NCBI GenBank assembly: GCA_010909165.1
Contig: VJWM01000019.1
Span: forward strand, 558,001-622,000
Direction: 5' to 3'
Origin: Anthoceros angustus
Taxonomy: Eukaryota; Plantae; Anthocerotophyta
DNA length: 64,000 nt
Shown: piece after piece, positions 57,435-64,000 of the stretch
Position numbering within the stretch: the first letter of the stretch is position 1
Layout: each line of letters begins with the position of its first letter
The notes under the pieces: generated by a model
What the model was told of the DNA's origin: nothing
The model's input: the letters and a program-made list of their open reading frames with translations, nothing else
Databases searched by the model: none
Position numbers and translations under genes: made by a program

Positions 57435-58299
57435 TATAGTTATTTCTTCAAGTTGTTATGCAATAGTATTTTATTCTTTCACGGTAAGAGAATCTTGAAA
57501 TATTCTCTTGCAAGGAGAACCAGCGTGCCCTATAAGAAGGGGGAACAAAATTAAAGTGTAAAAATAGCAGAATGTGAATCAACTTTCCACAGAAAAAGAT
57601 AAGAGTTCGTGTGGAGGAAGAGTTTTACCTCTTATATACATAGAAAATCTATACAAAAGTAAATATAGAGCAAATACATAAGAAGTAAATACTTGAGTAA
57701 TAGTAATGAATAATAAAACACTTTGTGTAAGCATTATATAAGTATTGAAATGATTACTTTCTATATTAAAAAAAGTTACTAAAAATAATCTTCCTACCTA
57801 TAGAGCAACCTGCTAAAAAGGTGATATACAACGGGGAATGCCGGGCAGTCCCAACCACATGAAAAGATTACTATCTACGGATTTGTTCATAGCTTTGCTT
57901 TCACAACAAGCTGTGGTCATAATCGTATCCGTTTTGCTGCAGTCTTCAACAGCACCTGGATGATCAAGAACAGATGTGAAAAGCAACTTGTGATGGACTC
58001 TCATCTCACGTACGCCTCGCTTTCGTTGCACATCATGTTGCCAGTTTATAACACGCCGATGGCCGGCATTGATTGCTGGACCTAAACGCTATAAATTGAC
58101 GGGCACCCACGGGACGAAGGATAAACGGCTACACTGATGCAAGATCCGTGGAAAGATTTAGGACGCGAGACAGACGAGGAGTTGCTGCATTATTGAAGCT
58201 TCGTACAGAGTTTGACGACGAGAGACCAGCAAAGTGACGGAAGCTCTCAGTACACTGCTGCTTCAGCAACAGCTAGACAGGTTCAGATGAGAGCACTTG

Positions 58300-59060
58300 G
58301 AATCTCATGAAGCTATGCAGCACTTCCCCAGCTTTGAGCACATGGCAGACCTCCTGCGAACTTGCACATTTTGGTTCAGTTATTGGTGTCCTTATGATAA
58401 GCACACATCCTCCTCAGACTTGCTGACATTCTCAAGCGTTTCCTCCCACCTGGTGCAAGAGCACAAATATACTTGCAGCAATATCAGGCCCCAGTTTTAG
58501 GACGGTGAAAATATCCCTGCCCTCGCTCTACGTCTCCATAGCTTCTCCAACCTTGCACTAAAAACGGTTTGAGCCCACATCGTTTACAAGATTGAGACTG
58601 CAGCGAACTCTCCTTCTTCGAGATGGTCTGCCTGGCGAAAGATGTCGACCATGCAAGTTCCACGGGCACAATCTCAAGCTCCTTGCCCAGACATTACAGC
58701 ATTTGGTCGCCCGGGACCATCAATACGTCCAGCACAACCATTGGGCAGGCCTAGGACAGCTCCGAATGTCACTGTACGAACCTGCAGCTCCCAATGTCAG
58801 GAGCTCCTGCTCTTGTGCAAGCATAAAAGAGGTCGATGACTGCAGCATATTTGGCTGTGGTTATGCTTCCTGTTGGGTGTCTTTAGGCAAAGCCAAAGAG
58901 CTTGAAAGCGTTTGTACACCATACTGCATATATCCCATCACCGCGCCAGAGCATGCCAGAATATCTCCTGTTAAACACCTGGCTAAGCTGGCGCATTTTG
59001 CTATCATATTCGACCAGGAAACGACCAATAGCTGAATGAGCTTGGGGGGCCATTTCACAA
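58300..59060 (-). pseudogene. Highly decayed PLS-E PPR relic
   Basis: Fragments in different frames: NMIAKCASL (S motif), TCMVDIFRQADHLEEGE (S2), WRSYGDVERGQGYF (E1), DIAASIFVLL (E2). Confidence 0.7.
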
Positions 59061-59186
59061 ACCTGTAAGCCAAGCACCTTCCCCTCCTGCGGCACTCGTA
59101 CGAGGTCACATTCTTGGAGGGAGTACAGAAATGTGATATGGTAGGTTGTCTTGATGCCCTCGCTGGAGTGCAAAGAATCTCTTTGG

Positions 59187-61697
59187 TCAATGCCGATCCC
59201 TACATGAACAAGCTCCATCCAGGAATCTATGTACTCGATGTGCATCTCTCACTATGATCTCTCGCTTCTCAAGGCGTGACATTATCTTGGTGCTGCTGTG
59301 ACAGTCATTGCACATGCGAAGATTTTTTGTGACAACCAAAGTTGTGCCATCTGGTGTGTTGAGCAAACCATATGCCAACGCCAATTTTTCTGCGTGTCCA
59401 CACAACGCATCCTCCTTCTCCTCCTCAGACATTGCCTTCAATACCAGCTGTGTCTGTGGTACATGGCCCCCTTCCTCCTTCAACCTCATGTTCACACTCC
59501 TCAGCTTGGGGGAAATGTCAGACCTATCTTCCCCCACAGTGAACTCATGCACCTCATTCTGCACTTCAATGCATGCCTTGGCAGCCTTCTTCGTAATACC
59601 AGCCGTCTTTCTCAGATTCTCTATCCTGTCCACGTCGTCCCACCTGCCTGCCTTGGCATAGATGTTCTCCAAAAGCACGTATGAACTTGCATCATCTGCT
59701 TCCAGTTCTAAGAGATGGTCAAAACATCGACGTCCGCGCTCCACATCACCATAGCTTTTGCAAGCGGTCAGCAAAGCTGTCCAGCCCACCACATCCTTCA
59801 CGAATGACCTACTTCGCAGCATACTTTCGGCCTCCTCCAGCCGGCCTGATCGGCCAAGAAGATCAACCATGCAACTATAGTGCTTATCAGAAGGAACAAT
59901 CCCGTAATCCTCGACCATCATCCTGAAATAGCGTTGGCCCTGATGCACAAGGCCTGCATGACTGCACGCCACAAATAAGCAAGTAAACGTGGTGTCATCT
60001 GGCTCAACTCCCTGCTGCAGCATGTCTTCAAAACACCTGATTGCCGTGTGACCGTCACCATGTTCAGCGTACCCGGTAAGCAAAGCTGTCCACGTCACCA
60101 AATCTCTGGTGGGCAATCTGTCAAACACTCTGCGAGCATCCTCCAAGCTCCCACATTTAGCATACATATTGACCAGACAGTTACTAATGACTTCGTCAGC
60201 TTCAAGGCCTCTTTCCCGAATTTGGGAGTGCAGCTGCTTGCCCTGCTGCAGGGCTGCCACGCTGGCACATGCTTGCAGGAGGCAAACAAATGTAACATGA
60301 TTGGCCGGAGTGATCCCCTCCAGCTGCATCCTATTATACAAAGCCAGGGCATGTTGGCCGAGCCCACGCTGAGAATATCCTGCAATCATGGCCGTCCATG
60401 TCACCACATCTCTTCGGGGCAAACTGTCAAACACTGCGCAAGCATCCTCCAAGCTCCCGCACTTAGCATACATATTCACCAGGGAGTTGCCAATAGCTGC
60501 ATCAGCTTCCAAGCCTATCTGCCGAATCTTTAAATGGAGCTCCTTCCCCTGCTGCAGCGCTCCCACATTGGCACAGGCTTGAAGCAGGCACATATACGTG
60601 ACCCGGTTGGCAAGAGTGACGCCCTCCTGTTGCATCTGTGCATAGAGAGCAAGAGCATCTCTACCGAGCCCCTGCTGCGTGCATCCCTTAATCATGGCCG
60701 TCCAAGTAACAACATCTCTTCTGGGCAATGTGTCGAACACTTCGCGAGCATCCACCAAGCTCCCGCACTTAGCATACATGTTCACCAAGCTGTTACCCAG
60801 AAAAATGTCTGCCTTCACCGCACTTGCCTGGATATCAGCATGCACCTGCTTGCCGGCAGGCAGATCCTGCGCAGCAGCGCAAGCCGTAAGGGCTGCAACG
60901 TACAGACGGTTATCCGGCTCCACCTCTGCCAGCTCCCGCATCTCCCGATACAGCTTAATACCTTGTGCAGGTTGTCCGTGCCTCGCATGCGCCAGTATGA
61001 TGGAGGACCACATGAAGACATCCGGCACAGGCACTTGGGAGAAGGCCTGCATCGCATCCTCCAATTTGTCATGCGCTGCATACATTCCAATCATGTGGTT
61101 GGCCAGGAATGCGTTGGAGCCGTGCCCACTTGCGACAGCCAGAGAATGCAGGCGCCTGGTGAAGGCGAGGTCGTTTTGCGCCGTGCTCCTCTTGAGCAGG
61201 CGACAGAAGAGAGCAGGCGTGACATGACGACCCCATCCCCGCTGCACTAGGACATCCAGCGCCTCCACAGCCTCGCTCAGCCGGAGCAGCTCCTCCGGCC
61301 GCCTCCCTTGGTCCCATCTGGCTAGCTGCGAATCCACCCAATCCGGTTTGTGAGAGCTGTCAAGCCACAGAGAGAGCCTGGAGGCCTTGTGCCTGAAGTC
61401 AGGATGCTGATGGCGGGGAGAGGCAGATGACCTGTTTTCCGCCCTGTTGTCCCACCACTCCGCGGGATCCAAGAAGAAATGCTGCCACAAGAGCTCCTGC
61501 CGCTCCTTCTGCGTCACTCTTTCATGCACTGTTGTGCAACTGCTGCTGCGAGTGGAGGCAAAGGCCAAGGCGGAGGACGAACCCCGCCAACCTGTTTCTG
61601 AGCATGGCTGCCTGTACGCTGAGGCCGCCAACATTGGAGAAATGGCAGTCTGAGGAAATTGAACCCACAATTTGCTGCCCACCACCTGCGTCGCCAT
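59187..61697 (-). CDS. PLS-PPR with N-terminal OSB-like PDF motif and DYW:KP domain (KKAAKA, HAEKLA, ends CSCRDRH), 836 aa; candidate U-to-C editing factor
   Basis: Intact intronless ORF: targeting-like N-terminus, LWQHFFLDPAEWWDNR..HPDFRHK..LWL, 14 PLS motifs, E1/E2 and a DRH-type domain. Confidence 0.95.
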   Translation of the reverse strand: MATQVVGSKLWVQFPQTAISPMLAASAYRQPCSETGWRGSSSALAFASTRSSSCTTVHERVTQKERQELLWQHFFLDPAEWWDNRAENRSSASPRHQHPDFRHKASRLSLWLDSSHKPDWVDSQLARWDQGRRPEELLRLSEAVEALDVLVQRGWGRHVTPALFCRLLKRSTAQNDLAFTRRLHSLAVASGHGSNAFLANHMIGMYAAHDKLEDAMQAFSQVPVPDVFMWSSIILAHARHGQPAQGIKLYREMRELAEVEPDNRLYVAALTACAAAQDLPAGKQVHADIQASAVKADIFLGNSLVNMYAKCGSLVDAREVFDTLPRRDVVTWTAMIKGCTQQGLGRDALALYAQMQQEGVTLANRVTYMCLLQACANVGALQQGKELHLKIRQIGLEADAAIGNSLVNMYAKCGSLEDACAVFDSLPRRDVVTWTAMIAGYSQRGLGQHALALYNRMQLEGITPANHVTFVCLLQACASVAALQQGKQLHSQIRERGLEADEVISNCLVNMYAKCGSLEDARRVFDRLPTRDLVTWTALLTGYAEHGDGHTAIRCFEDMLQQGVEPDDTTFTCLFVACSHAGLVHQGQRYFRMMVEDYGIVPSDKHYSCMVDLLGRSGRLEEAESMLRSRSFVKDVVGWTALLTACKSYGDVERGRRCFDHLLELEADDASSYVLLENIYAKAGRWDDVDRIENLRKTAGITKKAAKACIEVQNEVHEFTVGEDRSDISPKLRSVNMRLKEEGGHVPQTQLVLKAMSEEEKEDALCGHAEKLALAYGLLNTPDGTTLVVTKNLRMCNDCHSSTKIMSRLEKREIIVRDAHRVHRFLDGACSCRDRH

Positions 61698-61960
61698 GTT
61701 GCATCACCTACATCTACGCATTCCCGATGGCCGAGGAAACATCATAACGTCACGCTCGAATCCTCAAGTTCTGTCGCCCTCCAGGGTTCAGGGTTCTACA
61801 AACCACCAGAGCAAAAAAATGTTGTTAGCCGCGGAGAGCAAATGCTTCAATTCCAGAAGACACATCGATCTGCATTTATTGCTTATGCCCTGTGGGAGTA
61901 CAGCGAGAGACATACGAGAGAGGAGAAGGGGTTTTCACCGCACTGCACTGCTCGAGCCTC

Positions 61961-64000
61961 TCAGTGCCGATCCATACATGAGCAGGAGCCTTCCACGAAT
62001 CGGTGTACTCGATGTGCATCTCTGACTACGATTTCTCTCTTCTCGAGGCGGGACATGATCTTGGTGCTGCTGTGGCAGTCATTGCACATGCGCAAGTTCT
62101 TGGTGACCACCAAAGTGGTGCCATCTGGGGTGTTGAGAAGGCCATATGCCAATGCCAATTTCTCAGCATGCCCGCACAGGGCATCCTCCTTCTCCTGCTC
62201 AGACACTGCCTTCAGCACCAATTGTGTTTGTGGTACATGGCCTCCTTCCTCCTTCAACCTCGTACTCACGCTCCTGAGCTTCGGGGAGATGTCCGTCCTC
62301 TCTTCCCCTACTGTGAACTCGTGCACCTCCTTCTCCACTTCGATGCATGCCTTTGCAGCCTTCTTCACAGCACCTGCTGACTTCCTCCAGCTTTCCACCC
62401 TGTCCACGTCGTCCCACCTGCCTGCATCCGCGTATATGTTCCCCAGCAGGACGTATGAAGTTGAATTCTCAGGTTCCAGTTCCACGAGATGGTCGAAAGA
62501 TCGTCTTCCCCGCTCTACATCACCGTGAGTCTTGCAAGCTGTGAGCAAGGCTGTCCAGCCCACGACGTCGTTGGTGAATGACGTTGTTCGCAACAAATGT
62601 TCGGCCTCGTCCAGTTTGCCAGACCGGCCTAGAAGATCAACCATGCAACTGTGGTGGTAGTCGGTCGGTACGATCCCGTAGTCCTCCACCATCATCCTAA
62701 AATACCGCTGGCCTTCCTGCACCAGGCCTGCATGGCTGCATGCCACAATGAGACATACAAATGTCATCTCATCAGGCTTAACTCCTTGCTGCAGCATATC
62801 TTCAAAGCACCGGACCGCCATGTGACCCTCACCATGTTCAGCATATCCCTTCAGCATCGCTGTCCATGTCACCAAGTTTCTTGAGGGCAATCCGTCAAAG
62901 ACTTTGCGGGCATCTTCTAGACTCCCACACTTCGAGTACATGCCAACCAAGCAGCTGCCAATGACTGGGTTAGCCTCAAGGCCTCTGTCCCGACACAGAG
63001 AATGAAGCTCCATCCCTTGCTGCAGCGCGCCCACACTGGCACATGCTTGCAAGAGACAAGAAACCGTAACATGATTAGCAGCAGGCAGGAAAGCCTCCTC
63101 CTTCTGCATACTCGCATACAAAGCCAGGGCTTGTTGCCCAAGCCCCTGCTGAGCATATCCTGCAATCATGGCATTCCATGTCACAACATCTCTTCTGGGC
63201 AAAGCATCAAACACTTCCCGAGCATCCTCCAAGCTGCCGCATTTCGCGTACATATTCACCAGGCTGTTACCAATGCCTGCATCACCTTCCAACCGTCTTT
63301 CCCGAATCTGCCAGTGAAGCTCTCTGCCCTGCTGCAGCGCTCTCTCCCCCACACTGGCACAGGCTTGAAGGAGACACACGAAAGTAACACGATTGGCTGA
63401 AGGCATGCCGTCCTCTTTCTGCATCCTCGCGTACAATACCAGAGCTTCTTCCCCAAGCCCCTGCTGACTATATCCTGCGATCATGGCAGTCCAAGTCACC
63501 ACGTCCTTCCTGGGCAAGCTGTCAAACACTTTCCGAGCACCATCCAAGCTGCCGCACTTAGCATACATATTCACCAAGCTGTTCCCAACGAAAACATCCG
63601 CCTTGACAGCACTCGCTTGAATGTCAGCATGCACCTCCTTGCCCGAAACCAGGTCCTCTGCAACGGCACAAGCCTGAAGGGCTGCCACGAAGATGTGATT
63701 ATCCGGCTCCACGCCGAACTGTCTCATCTGCCTGTAAAAGCTGATGGCCTGTGCAGGCTGTCCCTGCCGAGCATGCGCCAAAATGATGGAAGACCACATG
63801 TGGATGCTGGGCGTTGGCACCTGACCAAACACCTGCACTGCATCCTCCAATTTGCCAAGAGAGGCATACATACCAATGACATGATTCACCAAAAACGCGT
63901 TGGAACCCAACCCCCGTGTCGCAGCAAGAGAATGCACGCGCCTACCACATTCCAGGTCCTTCTCTTCTGCGCACCTCTTCAGCAAACGGTGAAAGAGAAT
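61961..64000 (-). CDS. PLS-PPR with DYW:KP domain (KKAAKA, HAEKLA, ends CSCMDRH); 5' end lies beyond the window
   Basis: Frame is open to position 64000 (ILFHRLLKRC...); 14 PLS motifs, E1/E2 and a DRH-type domain. Confidence 0.93.
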   Translation of the reverse strand: MLFHRLLKRCAEEKDLECGRRVHSLAATRGLGSNAFLVNHVIGMYASLGKLEDAVQVFGQVPTPSIHMWSSIILAHARQGQPAQAISFYRQMRQFGVEPDNHIFVAALQACAVAEDLVSGKEVHADIQASAVKADVFVGNSLVNMYAKCGSLDGARKVFDSLPRKDVVTWTAMIAGYSQQGLGEEALVLYARMQKEDGMPSANRVTFVCLLQACASVGERALQQGRELHWQIRERRLEGDAGIGNSLVNMYAKCGSLEDAREVFDALPRRDVVTWNAMIAGYAQQGLGQQALALYASMQKEEAFLPAANHVTVSCLLQACASVGALQQGMELHSLCRDRGLEANPVIGSCLVGMYSKCGSLEDARKVFDGLPSRNLVTWTAMLKGYAEHGEGHMAVRCFEDMLQQGVKPDEMTFVCLIVACSHAGLVQEGQRYFRMMVEDYGIVPTDYHHSCMVDLLGRSGKLDEAEHLLRTTSFTNDVVGWTALLTACKTHGDVERGRRSFDHLVELEPENSTSYVLLGNIYADAGRWDDVDRVESWRKSAGAVKKAAKACIEVEKEVHEFTVGEERTDISPKLRSVSTRLKEEGGHVPQTQLVLKAVSEQEKEDALCGHAEKLALAYGLLNTPDGTTLVVTKNLRMCNDCHSSTKIMSRLEKREIVVRDAHRVHRFVEGSCSCMDRH

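Noticed and set aside
30325-63456. Numerous 60-290-aa ORFs antisense to or overlapping the PPR genes
   Set aside because: By-products of repetitive PPR codon structure; no independent coding signal.

Overview
Eukaryotic nuclear DNA from a compact land-plant genome with short introns (mostly about 80-250 nt), most likely a hornwort such as Anthoceros. That assignment is inferred from the PPR-DYW:KP genes ending in DRH/DRN together with the short introns. Housekeeping genes: a patatin-like lipase, COMMD10 (head-to-head with CLP1, with a GC-AG intron), CLP1, a plastid DUF21-CBS-CorC Mg transporter, a plastid RseP/ARASP protease and eIF2-beta. These alternate with blocks of decayed and nested transposons: Copia, Helitron ends, PIF/Harbinger, and a TA-duplicating TIR element inside a Copia. 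The right third holds four PLS-PPR genes with the variant DYW:KP deaminase domain (K[PA]AKA box, HAEKLA), the family implicated in reverse U-to-C organellar RNA editing, plus a decayed PPR relic. A 28-repeat WW-type PPR lacking its deaminase lies further left. Most notable: (i) an OSB-type 'PDF' single-stranded-DNA-binding motif fused to the N-terminus of two DYW:KP proteins; (ii) an orphan AT-rich ORF with five tandem EEGE[IV]-type motifs resembling ARS2/SERRATE-binding motifs; (iii) a 452-aa orphan ORF between TE-like repeat arrays; (iv) recurrent rearrangement scars (palindromes, templated repeats, tandem duplications of promoter plus 5' end). No database searches were run; family calls rest on recognised motifs.
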